Assembly (NCBI GenBank): GCA_035512495.1
Contig: DATKDW010000052.1
Span: forward strand, 5,256-69,255
Direction: 5' to 3'
Source of the DNA: Acidimicrobiales bacterium
GTDB lineage: Bacteria; Actinomycetota; Acidimicrobiia; Acidimicrobiales; CADCSY01
DNA length: 64,000 bases
Position 1 is the first letter of the stretch, and every line of letters begins with the position of its first letter. Positions 1 to 8,466 of this stretch are shown here, in pieces. A model generated the notes under the pieces. That model was not told where the DNA came from, ran no database searches, and saw nothing but the letters and a program-made list of their open reading frames with translations. Position numbers and translations under genes: made by a program.

Positions 1-2
1 TG

Positions 3-677
3 GTGCCCGAGCTGTCGTCGGCAGCCGGCCGCGGGGACCTGGTGGCGTTCCGCTCCCGCTTCTCCGACGGCGTGCGGCTCATGGCCATCGTCGTCCTCCC
101 CGCCGCCACCGGGTACATCGTCCTCGCCCACCCGATCGTCACCGCCCTCCTCGAGCGGGGGGCGTTCACGGGCGCCTCCGCCGACCTCACCGCGACCACG
201 CTGGCGGCATTTGGTGCCGGGCTGTTCGGCTTCTCCGTGTACCTCTTCGCGCTGCGCGGGTTCTACGCCCTGCGCGACACCCGCACCCCGTTCCTGATCA
301 ACGTCGGCCAGAACGTGGCGCAGATCGCCCTTGCCCTCGCGCTGGCGCCGGTGTTCGGCGTGCCCGGCCTGGCGGCCGCCTACGGGAGCGCCTACACGGC
401 GGCGGCGGTGGTCGCCCTCGTTGTCCTGCACCGCCGGGTGGGCTCCTTGGAGGTGCGACGGGTCACCGCGACCGTGGCCCGCGTGCTCGTCGCGTGCGCC
501 GTCATGGCGGCCGCGGTGACGGTCGTGTCGGGCGCGGTCGGCGGCGACGGCACCGGCATGGAGGCCGTGGTGCGGACCGCCGCCGGGGTGGGGGTGGGAG
601 GCGTGGTCTATGTCACGGCGGTCTTCGCCCTTCGGGTGGAGGACGTCACCGCCCTGCTCGCCCGCCTTCGTCGGTGA
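3..677 (+). CDS. murJ: lipid II flippase MurJ/MviN, C-terminal part (5' end lies outside the window)
   Basis: Open from the window edge. Polytopic membrane sequence with the MurJ-typical stretch 'ALLERGAFTGASADLTATTLAAFGAGLFGFSVYLFALRGFYALRDTRTPF'. Confidence 0.8.
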   Translation: MPELSSAAGRGDLVAFRSRFSDGVRLMAIVVLPAATGYIVLAHPIVTALLERGAFTGASADLTATTLAAFGAGLFGFSVYLFALRGFYALRDTRTPFLINVGQNVAQIALALALAPVFGVPGLAAAYGSAYTAAAVVALVVLHRRVGSLEVRRVTATVARVLVACAVMAAAVTVVSGAVGGDGTGMEAVVRTAAGVGVGGVVYVTAVFALRVEDVTALLARLRR

Positions 678-707
678 GGAGGCGGGACACCCGCCTAGGC
701 TGGCGCC

Positions 708-1496
708 ATGTTCAAACTGCTCAAGCGGTCCTGGAAGTACCTGACGGCCTCGCTCACGGGGAAGTTCAACGCCGCTGCCGACCCCAAGGTCCAGCTGGAG
801 CAGGCGATCGCCGAGGGCCAGGACGCCCACCGCCGGCTCAAGGAGCAGGCGGCCAACGTCATCGCCAACCAGAAGCAGACCGAGATGCGCCTCAACCGGG
901 CCATGACCGAGCTCGAGAAGGCGCACGGCTCGGCCCAGCAGGCCGTGTTGATGGCCGAGGACGCGGCGACGTCGGGCAACGACAAGAAGGTCGAGGAATA
1001 CACCTCGGCCGCCGAGTCCTTCGCCAACCGGCTCATCGCGCTGGAGCAGGAGGTCGAGGACCTCAAGTCGCTCCACCTCCAGTCCGCCCAGGCGGCCGAC
1101 CAGGCCAAGACGGCGGTTGCCCAGAACGCCTCCGCCCTCCAGAAGCGCCTCTCGGAGCGTCAGCAGCTCCTCTCGCAGCTCGACCAGGCGGCCATGCAGG
1201 AGCAGGTCAACACGGCCATGGCCTCGCTGAGCGAGACCGTGGGCCAGGACGTTCCCACCTTCGACGAGGTGCGCGACAAGATCGAGGCGCGCTACGCCCG
1301 GGCCAAGGGCATGTCCGAGCTGCAGTCCGAGTCGGTCGAGACGCGCATGCTCGAGGTCGAGCAAGCCGCCCGCAACACCGAGGCCAAGGCCCGCCTCTCG
1401 CAGATCCGCTCACAGCTCGGGATCGGCGCCGCCAAGGCATCCAGCGACGCGCCCGAGGATGCACCGGCCGAGGCCGAGCCCGGGTCGGGCACCTGA
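708..1496 (+). CDS. pspA: PspA/IM30 (phage shock protein A / Vipp1) family protein
   Basis: 262-aa coiled-coil protein. The N-terminus 'MFKLLKRSWKYLTASLTGKFNAAADPKVQLEQAIAEGQ' is typical of PspA/IM30. Confidence 0.85.
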   Translation: MFKLLKRSWKYLTASLTGKFNAAADPKVQLEQAIAEGQDAHRRLKEQAANVIANQKQTEMRLNRAMTELEKAHGSAQQAVLMAEDAATSGNDKKVEEYTSAAESFANRLIALEQEVEDLKSLHLQSAQAADQAKTAVAQNASALQKRLSERQQLLSQLDQAAMQEQVNTAMASLSETVGQDVPTFDEVRDKIEARYARAKGMSELQSESVETRMLEVEQAARNTEAKARLSQIRSQLGIGAAKASSDAPEDAPAEAEPGSGT

Positions 1497-1505
1497 CCGA
1501 TCAGC

Positions 1506-2687
1506 TCAGCGGGGTGCGGGCTCCTTGGTGACCGACTGGTAGGAGCGGCCGGCGTGGGCCTCGGTGTCGAGCTCCTCGAGCTCGATGTCGCCGGCGAGGA
1601 CGGCCCGCTTCCATGCCTGGTGCTCGTCCTCCCGGCCGTGGAACTCGCCCATCACCTCGGTGGCGAAGAGCTCGAGGCTCGAGCAGATGTCCTCGTGGCG
1701 GTTCTTCCCGGCCTGGTTGAGCAGGATCACCTGGTCGACGTGGCTCTCCTCGAACTTGCGGAGGTGGCGGCGGATCGTCTCCGGTGAGCCGATGAGCCCT
1801 CCGAGGCGTTGGGCCTGACCCTTCGGGGTCTCCTTGAACACCTGGAACTGCTCCCACAGGTCGACGCTGCCCGGGTCGACCGGGCCGTGGCTGTTGTAGA
1901 AGCCGAGGGCGAACTGGAAGAACGAGGACCCCTCCGCCTTGGCCCGGGCCTCCTCGTCGGTGGGCGCGCACATGAACTGGCTCACCACCGCGATGGCGGG
2001 GTTGGGCACGTAGTCGGCCAGGGGGTCGAAGCCCTTGGTGTAGGCGTTGTAGTACGCGTGGACCCAGGCCTGGGCGGCCTCGGCGGACACGAACTGGAAC
2101 CCGAGGGCCCCCATCCCGCGCATCCCCGCCATGCGGATGGTCTCCATCTGCGAGCAGGCCACCCAGAGCGGCGGGTGGGGCTTCTGGCGGGGCTTGGGGA
2201 GCACGTTGCGGGCGGGGAAGTCGAACCACTCGCCGTGGTACTCGCATCCCCCGTCGCCGAACATGGGGATGAGGCAGCGCACCGCGTCCTCCCAGATCGA
2301 CCGCTTGTCGCGGAAGCGGCGGTCGAAGGGGTGCAGCTCGGTCACGCTCGACCCCTCCCCCAAGCCGAGCTCGACCCGGCCGTGGGAGAGCAGATCGAGG
2401 GTCGACACCCGCTCGGCGACGCGGGCCGGGTGGTTGGTGGTGAGCTGGATGATGCCGTGGCCGAGCCGGATGTCGGAGGTGCGCTGGCTGGCGGCGGCGA
2501 GGAACACCTCAGGCGCCGAGGAGTGCGAGTACTCCTCCATGAAGTGGTGCTCGACCTCCCACGCGTAGTCGTAGCCGAGGCGGTCGGCCAGCTCGACCTG
2601 GTCGAGTGCGTGCTGGAGGAGCTCGTACTCAGCGTCGGCGGTCCACGGCCGCGGCAGCTGGTGCTCGTAGAAGATCCCGAACCTCAT
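1506..2687 (-). CDS. LLM-class (luciferase-like) flavin-dependent oxidoreductase
   Basis: 'MRFGIFYEHQLPRPW...YDYAWEVEHHFMEEYSHSSAPEVFLAAAS...GHGIIQLTTNHPARVAE' is a luciferase-like monooxygenase pattern. Start placed at the ATG at 2687, preceded by AAGGGGG. Confidence 0.85.
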   Translation of the reverse strand: MRFGIFYEHQLPRPWTADAEYELLQHALDQVELADRLGYDYAWEVEHHFMEEYSHSSAPEVFLAAASQRTSDIRLGHGIIQLTTNHPARVAERVSTLDLLSHGRVELGLGEGSSVTELHPFDRRFRDKRSIWEDAVRCLIPMFGDGGCEYHGEWFDFPARNVLPKPRQKPHPPLWVACSQMETIRMAGMRGMGALGFQFVSAEAAQAWVHAYYNAYTKGFDPLADYVPNPAIAVVSQFMCAPTDEEARAKAEGSSFFQFALGFYNSHGPVDPGSVDLWEQFQVFKETPKGQAQRLGGLIGSPETIRRHLRKFEESHVDQVILLNQAGKNRHEDICSSLELFATEVMGEFHGREDEHQAWKRAVLAGDIELEELDTEAHAGRSYQSVTKEPAPR

Positions 2688-2742
2688 GGTGGCCCCCTTC
2701 GACGCGAGCCCGCATCGTGGCACAGCCCGCCGGTGGAGCGCT

Positions 2743-3840
2743 CTAACCGGGCAGGACGACGAGGTCGTCGCGGTGGATCACCTCGTGGGGCACGCCTTCG
2801 GGCAGGTCGGCGGTGCGCCTCCCCAGCAGCGTCGTCAGCGTCACCGAGTCGATCCGGACCAGGCCCTTGGCGAACACCTCGCCGTCGGGACCGGCCACCT
2901 CCACCGCCTCGTCGGCGGCGAAGCGCCCGCGCACCTCGCACACCCCCGCGGCGAGCAGCGAGACGCTGCGCTCCGTGAGGGCACGCCGGGCGCCGTCATC
3001 GACCAGCACCGTGCCCGACGAGCCGACGGCGAAGGCGATCCAGAGCTTGCGGGCGGGCAGACGCTTGGCCCTCGCCCGCACCACCGTGCCGACCCCGGGG
3101 GTGCCGGCGACGGCGTCGGCGAGCACACCAGGGCGGTCGGCGCCGGCGATCACCGCCCGGACACCGGACCAGGCGGCGATCTTGGCCGCCGCCAGCTTCG
3201 AGGCCATGCCCCCGCTGCCCCGTGCCGTGCCGCGGCCGCCGGCGACGGCCTCGAGCCGGGCGTCGACCTCGAGGATCTCCTCGATGAGGCTGGCCTGGTC
3301 GTCGAGTCGGGGGTCGGCGGTGTAGAGGCCCGGGGTGTCGGTGAGCAGCACGAGCACGTCGGCGGACACGAGGTGCGCGACGAGGGCGGCGATGCGATCG
3401 TTGTCGCCGAAGCGGATCTCGTCGTCGGCGATCACGTCGTTCTCGTTCACCACCGGCACCACCCCCAGCGCCAGCAGGCGGACCAGGGTCATCCGGGCGT
3501 GGAGGTACTGCTGGCGGACCATGAAGTCGAGAGGAGCGATGAGGACCTGGCCACCGACGATCCCGAGGGTGGCCAAGGTGTCCTCCCAGACCCGCATGAG
3601 CCGGGTCTGGCCCACCGCCGAGACGGCCTGGAGCGTGTTCACGTCACGGGCTTCGGCCCGGTCCATGCCGAGCGCGGGCAACCCGGCGGCGATGGCGCCG
3701 CTCGTGACCACGACCACCTGGTGGCCGTCGGCCCGTAGGTCGGCGAGCTCGCCGCACACCTTGGCGATGGCCGAGGCGTCGATCTGACCCGAGGCGCTGG
3801 TGATCGAGGAGGTGCCGATCTTGGCGACGACGACGGCCAT
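2743..3840 (-). CDS. proB: glutamate 5-kinase
   Basis: 'VVAKIGTSSIT...VVVVTSGAIAAG' kinase core plus a C-terminal PUA-like domain. Lies in the conserved position downstream of obg. Confidence 0.9.
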   Translation of the reverse strand: MAVVVAKIGTSSITSASGQIDASAIAKVCGELADLRADGHQVVVVTSGAIAAGLPALGMDRAEARDVNTLQAVSAVGQTRLMRVWEDTLATLGIVGGQVLIAPLDFMVRQQYLHARMTLVRLLALGVVPVVNENDVIADDEIRFGDNDRIAALVAHLVSADVLVLLTDTPGLYTADPRLDDQASLIEEILEVDARLEAVAGGRGTARGSGGMASKLAAAKIAAWSGVRAVIAGADRPGVLADAVAGTPGVGTVVRARAKRLPARKLWIAFAVGSSGTVLVDDGARRALTERSVSLLAAGVCEVRGRFAADEAVEVAGPDGEVFAKGLVRIDSVTLTTLLGRRTADLPEGVPHEVIHRDDLVVLPG

Positions 3841-3841
3841 G

Positions 3842-5068
3842 TCAGGACTCGAACTCGAAGGTGAGGCGGCCGATGCGCACCTCGTCGCCCTCGGAGGCGC
3901 CGGCCCGGGCGAGGGCGCGGTCGATGCCGAGGCGGCGGAGCCGGTCGTGGACCAGGGCGAGGGCGTCGGCGTTGGTGAGGTCGTTGAGCGCGACCGCCCG
4001 CTCGGCCTGGCGACCGATCACCACGTAGGCGCCGTCGTCGGCCCGCTCGATCCGGAAGCTCTCGGCGCCGGGACGGTGCACCGCGTAGGCGGTCCGCTCC
4101 GGCTGCTCGGCCCGGGCGGTCGCCACCAGCTCAGCCATGCGCCCCACGAGGTCGCGGACGCCCTCGTTGGTGGCGGCGGAGATGCGCATGCCGTCCCAAT
4201 CCTCGGTGGCGACATCGGCCTTGGAGCCGACCGTGAGGCGGGGCCGCTCGAGGAGGTCGGGCTGGTAGCGGCCGAGCTCGTTGAGGAGGATCCGCTCCTG
4301 GTCCTCGGGGGCGAGGCCGTCGACCGGGGCCAGGTCGACCAGGACCACCAGGGCTCGGGCCCGCTCGATGTGGCGGAGGAACTGGTGACCGAGCCCCTTG
4401 CCCTCGCTGGCGCCCTCGATCAGGCCGGGGATGTCGGCCACCACCATCTCGGTGTCGCCGTGTCGCACCACACCGAGGTTGGGGACCAGCGTGGTGAAGG
4501 GGTAGTCGGCGATCTTTGGCTTGGCCGCGGAGATCACGGAGATGAGCGTGCTCTTCCCGGCGTTGGGGACCCCCACCAGCGCCACGTCGGCCATGAGCTT
4601 GAGCTGCAGCTTGAGCCACCGCTCGACACCGGACTCGCCCTGCTCGGCGAAGGACGGGGCCCGACGGCGGTTGGAGAGGAACCGGGCGTTGCCCTTGCCG
4701 CCCTGGCCACCGGGCGCCGCCAGCCAGCGGTCGCCCTCGCCGACGAGGTCGGCGAGCACGGTGCCGTCGCGGTCGAGGACCACCGTGCCGACGGGCACCG
4801 GCACCTCGAGGTCGGCACCACCGCGGCCATGGGCCTTCTTGGAGGTGCCGTGTGCTCCGTCGTCGGCGCCACGGTGAGGGTGGTCACGGAACCCGAGGAG
4901 CGAGGCCACGTTGCGGTCGGCGACCAGCCACACGTCGCCGCCGTCACCGCCGTCACCGCCGTCGGGGCCCCCACGGGCCACGTGGGCTTCGCGCCGGAAC
5001 GACGCCGCACCCGCGCCACCGTCGCCTCCCTTGACGTGGAGACCGCTCTCGTCGACGAACTCGGACAC
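3842..5068 (-). CDS. obg: GTPase Obg/CgtA
   Basis: Obg fold 'FVDESGLHVKGGDGGAGAASFRREAHVARGGPDGGDGGDGGDV' and G domain 'GVPNAGKSTL'. Start set at GTG 5068, giving the canonical MSEFVDE N-terminus. The longer ORF to 5296 is upstream read-in. Confidence 0.9.
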   Translation of the reverse strand: MSEFVDESGLHVKGGDGGAGAASFRREAHVARGGPDGGDGGDGGDVWLVADRNVASLLGFRDHPHRGADDGAHGTSKKAHGRGGADLEVPVPVGTVVLDRDGTVLADLVGEGDRWLAAPGGQGGKGNARFLSNRRRAPSFAEQGESGVERWLKLQLKLMADVALVGVPNAGKSTLISVISAAKPKIADYPFTTLVPNLGVVRHGDTEMVVADIPGLIEGASEGKGLGHQFLRHIERARALVVLVDLAPVDGLAPEDQERILLNELGRYQPDLLERPRLTVGSKADVATEDWDGMRISAATNEGVRDLVGRMAELVATARAEQPERTAYAVHRPGAESFRIERADDGAYVVIGRQAERAVALNDLTNADALALVHDRLRRLGIDRALARAGASEGDEVRIGRLTFEFES

Positions 5069-5279
5069 GACCCCCGAGGATACGGGCCACCGGAGCCCCG
5101 ACCCCCTTCCGTTCCCCGCGAGGTGGCGGGGAGCGTCACCCAGCGTCGGTAGCCTCGACGTCGTGCGCGACCTCGACCCCCTCACCACGGCCACCGTCGC
5201 GCACTGGCCGGCGCCCGTCTCGGCCGGCCGCGCCACGGTGGTCGAGCGACCAGCCCGCGAATCGGCGGAGGACGCTGCC

Positions 5280-6239
5280 ATGGCACCGGGCGCCACCCGG
5301 GCCGAGGGCGCCGGCTACCGGGCCACACCCGAAGAGCCCGACCGGTTCCGCACCTGCTTCCAGCGCGACCTCGACCGCATCCAGCACAGCCGACCCTTCC
5401 GGCGGCTCGCCGGCAAGTGCCAGGTCTTCATCGCCCCGGACGACGACCACCTCCGCACCCGGCTGACCCATGCCATCGAGGTGACGCAGGTGGCGGCGTC
5501 GATCGCGCGAGGCGCCAACCTCAACGTGGCGCTCACCACCGCGGCCGCCATGGGCCACGACTGCGGCCACGGCCCGGCCGGGCACGCCAGCGAGGGCGCC
5601 CTGTCGCCCTTCCTGCCCGGCGGGTACCACCACGCCGTCTACGGCGCCGACGTGGTCCTGACGCCCCTCAACCTCTGTGCCGAGACCCTCGACGCCGTTC
5701 GCAACCACAGCTGGAACCGCCCCGCGCCGGCCACCCCCGAGGGGGAGGTCGTGGCCTGGGCCGACCGCATCGCCTACGTCTGCCACGACTTCGAGGACGC
5801 CCTCGACGCCGGCATCGTCACCCCGGCCGACCTGCCCGCCGAGGTGACCGAGGTGGTCGGGACCGGGCGGTCGCAGCAGCTCGGGTCGTTCGTGGCCGCC
5901 ATGCTCGACACCATCGCGGCCACCGGCACCGTCGCCCTGCGAGCGGAGGAGTCACAGGCGCTCGAGGCGTTCCGGGCCTTCAACTTCGAGCGGATCTACC
6001 TGCGGCCCGAGGCCCGCGAGCAGGCCGACCGGGTGATCGCCCTGCTGCGGTCGCTCACCGAGTGGTTCGTGGCCAACCCGCGGTCCATCGGCATCGACGG
6101 GGCGATCTCGGCGCCCGGGACCGAGGAGGCGGTGGCGGCGGCGGTCCGCTACGTCAGCGGCATGACCGACCGCTTCGCCCTCGCCCTGGCAGTCGAGCAC
6201 CTCGGCTGGGACCCCGCCGCCCTGCCGAGAGGCGTCTAG
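5280..6239 (+). CDS. dgt: dGTPase-like HD-domain triphosphohydrolase
   Basis: 'FQRDLDRIQHSRPFRRLAGKCQVF' and 'RLTHAIEVTQVA...GHDCGHGPAGH' (HD motif). ATG 5280 chosen. An upstream in-frame GTG cannot be excluded. Confidence 0.8.
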   Translation: MAPGATRAEGAGYRATPEEPDRFRTCFQRDLDRIQHSRPFRRLAGKCQVFIAPDDDHLRTRLTHAIEVTQVAASIARGANLNVALTTAAAMGHDCGHGPAGHASEGALSPFLPGGYHHAVYGADVVLTPLNLCAETLDAVRNHSWNRPAPATPEGEVVAWADRIAYVCHDFEDALDAGIVTPADLPAEVTEVVGTGRSQQLGSFVAAMLDTIAATGTVALRAEESQALEAFRAFNFERIYLRPEAREQADRVIALLRSLTEWFVANPRSIGIDGAISAPGTEEAVAAAVRYVSGMTDRFALALAVEHLGWDPAALPRGV

Positions 6240-6350
6240 TCAAGGACGCCTCGGCGCAGCCGAGTCCGATTCACCGGACCGCGAGCGGGTGGCGCCGACG
6301 GAAGGGGCCCGCCCGGAGCTTGCGGAGGGTGGGAAGGGCTCCCGTCGGGG

Positions 6351-6617
6351 TCAGGCCCCGTGAGCCCGTTGAGGGAGGACGTCGACGTGCTTGCGGCCCT
6401 TGCGGTCGGCGAACTTCACGAAGCCGTCGGCCGTGGCGTAGAGGGTGTCGTCGCTGCCCTTGCCGACGTTGTCGCCGGGGTGGACCCGGGTGCCTCGCTG
6501 GCGGATGATGATCGACCCGGCGGTGACCTGGTGGCCATCGTAGGCCTTGACGCCGAGGCGCTGGGCGTTGGAGTCGCGGCCGTTCCTGGTGGAACCGCCG
6601 CCCTTGGTCTTGGACAT
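6351..6617 (-). CDS. rpmA: 50S ribosomal protein L27
   Basis: '[24 protein letters not shown]...[13 protein letters not shown]' is the canonical L27 sequence. Confidence 0.95.
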   Translation of the reverse strand: MSKTKGGGSTRNGRDSNAQRLGVKAYDGHQVTAGSIIIRQRGTRVHPGDNVGKGSDDTLYATADGFVKFADRKGRKHVDVLPQRAHGA

Positions 6618-6618
6618 G

Positions 6619-6933
6619 TCAGCTCCCCTTCGAGATGCCGGTGATCTCGATGGTCGTGTAGCCCTGGCGGTGTCCCCACCGGCGGCGCTGGTTGGACTTG
6701 TTCTTGTAGGTGAAGCCCCGGATCTTCGGACCCTTGACGTCGCCCACGACCTTTGCGGTCACGGAGGCGGCGGACAGGTCGGATCGGGCCGACACCACGG
6801 TGTCGCCGTCGACGAGCAGGATGGGGGTGAAGGAGAGCTCGGACCCGACGTCGCCGGTGAGGCGCTCGACCTGGACCTGCTGGCCCTCGGCCACCCGCGA
6901 CTGCTTGCCGCCGCTCTTGATGACTGCGTACAT
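6619..6933 (-). CDS. rplU: 50S ribosomal protein L21
   Basis: '[18 protein letters not shown]...[17 protein letters not shown]' is the canonical L21 sequence. Lies immediately upstream of rpmA. Confidence 0.95.
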   Translation of the reverse strand: MYAVIKSGGKQSRVAEGQQVQVERLTGDVGSELSFTPILLVDGDTVVSARSDLSAASVTAKVVGDVKGPKIRGFTYKNKSNQRRRWGHRQGYTTIEITGISKGS

Positions 6934-7030
6934 AGGGCTGCAACGCTACCAGCGCGGCGGCGCCCCGGCGAAGTCGGGTCCCGCCCGACGCTCCGGGCAT
7001 CGCGCCCGCCGTGCCTGGCCCCGCCGGCGG

Positions 7031-7465
7031 TCATCGCTCGGCGCTGCTGCTCCCCTCGGCTTGGCGACTGCGCCACTGCTGACCGGCGGCGGCAAGGAGC
7101 AGCAGCGTCAGCACGGAGAACACGGGGATGTCCATCGCCGGCGTGCCCCCGAGGTCGGTGCCGACCGCGTGGGAGACGACGTGGGCTGCCGAGCCGATGC
7201 CGACACCGCCGAGGGCAGTGGCGAGCGCGTCGAGGCGCGTGAGCGCGGCGAGGAGGAGCACGGCGCCGAGCCCGATCTGGAAGGCGCCGATGTCCTGGAT
7301 GAGGTGCTGGTTGTACGGCTCGAAGGTCGCCAGGGCGTCGAAGAAGGACCTGGGCGCGACCATGGCCCACAGGCCCGTGGCCAGGAAGAAGCCGCCGCCG
7401 ACGGCGGCCACCACGCGAGGGAAGGTCCACGAGGTCTGCTTCGAGCGGTGATCGGTCTCGGGCAT
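7031..7465 (-). CDS. hypothetical small integral membrane protein (about 4 TM segments)
   Basis: Start at ATG 7465 preceded by GAGGAGG. Hydrophobic segments 'VVAAVGGGFFLATGLWAMV', 'IGAFQIGLGAVLLLAAL' and 'IPVFSVLTLLLLAAA'. No family recognised. Confidence 0.6.
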   Translation of the reverse strand: MPETDHRSKQTSWTFPRVVAAVGGGFFLATGLWAMVAPRSFFDALATFEPYNQHLIQDIGAFQIGLGAVLLLAALTRLDALATALGGVGIGSAAHVVSHAVGTDLGGTPAMDIPVFSVLTLLLLAAAGQQWRSRQAEGSSSAER

Positions 7466-7533
7466 CGGTGGCCTCCTCGGGATCGGAGCGGCGACCGTAC
7501 TCGCCGGGTGGACTGCGTGCCGACCCCACATGA

Positions 7534-7571
7534 TGATAGCGGATCGTCTATCAGTTGGGTAGGCTCGAAGC
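7534..7571 (+). promoter_or_regulatory. palindromic operator candidate plus leaderless-type -10 element upstream of the XRE gene
   Basis: The palindrome TGATAG-N8-CTATCA lies at 7534-7553. TAGGCT lies at 7560-7565, and its last T is 7 nt before the A of the ATG at 7572. Confidence 0.35.
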
Positions 7572-7901
7572 ATGGCGACGACGGCACCCTCGCTGCTCCT
7601 CCGAGCCCGCCGGGCGGGCGGGCTCTCGCAGCGCGAGCTGGCGGGGCGGGCGGGGGTCACCCAGCCGGTGATCGCCGCCTACGAGCGGGGACGACGCCAG
7701 CCCAGCCTCCCCACCCTGCGGCGGCTCGTCCGGGCGGCCGGCTACGACCTCGACATCGGGCTGCGCCCACTCCCCCCTCGCCCCGACCCCGAGCGGGCAG
7801 GCCGACACCTGGTGATGGCCCTGGAGCTGGCTGAGCACCTCCCCCGGCGGCGGCGCACCAAAGAGGTCGCCTTCCCGCGGTTCCCGGGTCCGGCCAGATG
7901 A
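7572..7901 (+). CDS. XRE-family helix-turn-helix protein (antitoxin-like)
   Basis: 'LRARRAGGLSQRELAGRAGVTQPVIAAYERGRRQPSLPTLRRLVRAAG' is an HTH_3/XRE motif. Its stop overlaps the next gene's start (ATGA). Confidence 0.8.
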   Translation: MATTAPSLLLRARRAGGLSQRELAGRAGVTQPVIAAYERGRRQPSLPTLRRLVRAAGYDLDIGLRPLPPRPDPERAGRHLVMALELAEHLPRRRRTKEVAFPRFPGPAR

Positions 7902-8437
7902 GCGCGGTCGTCGACCTCGTCCTCGACGTCCACGCCGCCCTGGAGGCGGCCGGCATCCCCCACGCCTTCGGCGGCGCCATCGCCCTCGCCTACGCCACCG
8001 AGGAGCCTCGGGGCACGATCGACGTCGACGTGAACGTCTTCGTGCGCCCCACCGACGCCACCCGGGTCTTCGAAGCCCTCCCGATCGGGGTCACCTGGGA
8101 CGGCGACGACGTTGCTGCGGTGGAGCGCGACGGCCAGGTCCGGGTGTTCTGCGGAGAGGTCCCCCTCGACCTGTTCTTCTCCACCCACGACTTCCACGAT
8201 CGCGCCGCGGACGACACCGTGGTGGTGCCCTTCGCCGGCGCCCGGATCGCCGTGCTGGCGCCCGACGACCTGGCCGTGTTCAAGGCGTTCTTCGACCGCA
8301 CCAAGGACTGGGCCGACATCGAGGCCATGGCCGCAGTCGACTCGTTCGACGCCGAGGTCGTCCTCGCCCGGCTCGGCGAGCTGCTCGGGCCCGGCGACCA
8401 CCGCATCGAGCGCCTGACCAGCATCACGACGTCGTAG
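7898..8437 (+). CDS. minimal nucleotidyltransferase-fold protein (AbiEii/DUF6036-like, toxin-like)
   Basis: NTase signature 'FGGAIALAYATEEPRGTIDVDVNVF' (GG-x12-D-x-D) and C-terminal 'DDLAVFKAFFDRTKDWADIEAM'. Translationally coupled to the XRE gene. Confidence 0.65.
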   Translation: MSAVVDLVLDVHAALEAAGIPHAFGGAIALAYATEEPRGTIDVDVNVFVRPTDATRVFEALPIGVTWDGDDVAAVERDGQVRVFCGEVPLDLFFSTHDFHDRAADDTVVVPFAGARIAVLAPDDLAVFKAFFDRTKDWADIEAMAAVDSFDAEVVLARLGELLGPGDHRIERLTSITTS

Positions 8438-8466
8438 AGAGAAGGCCCGGGCGACGCCCGGACTGG

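Noticed and set aside
5069-5296. N-terminal extension of obg to ATG 5296
   Set aside because: The extension is low complexity. The canonical Obg N-terminus (SEFVDE) begins at GTG 5068.
6934-7030. Possible ribosomal-protein leader or regulatory RNA upstream of rplU
   Set aside because: I could not identify a convincing conserved structure by eye. A covariance-model search (Rfam L21 leader) would be needed.
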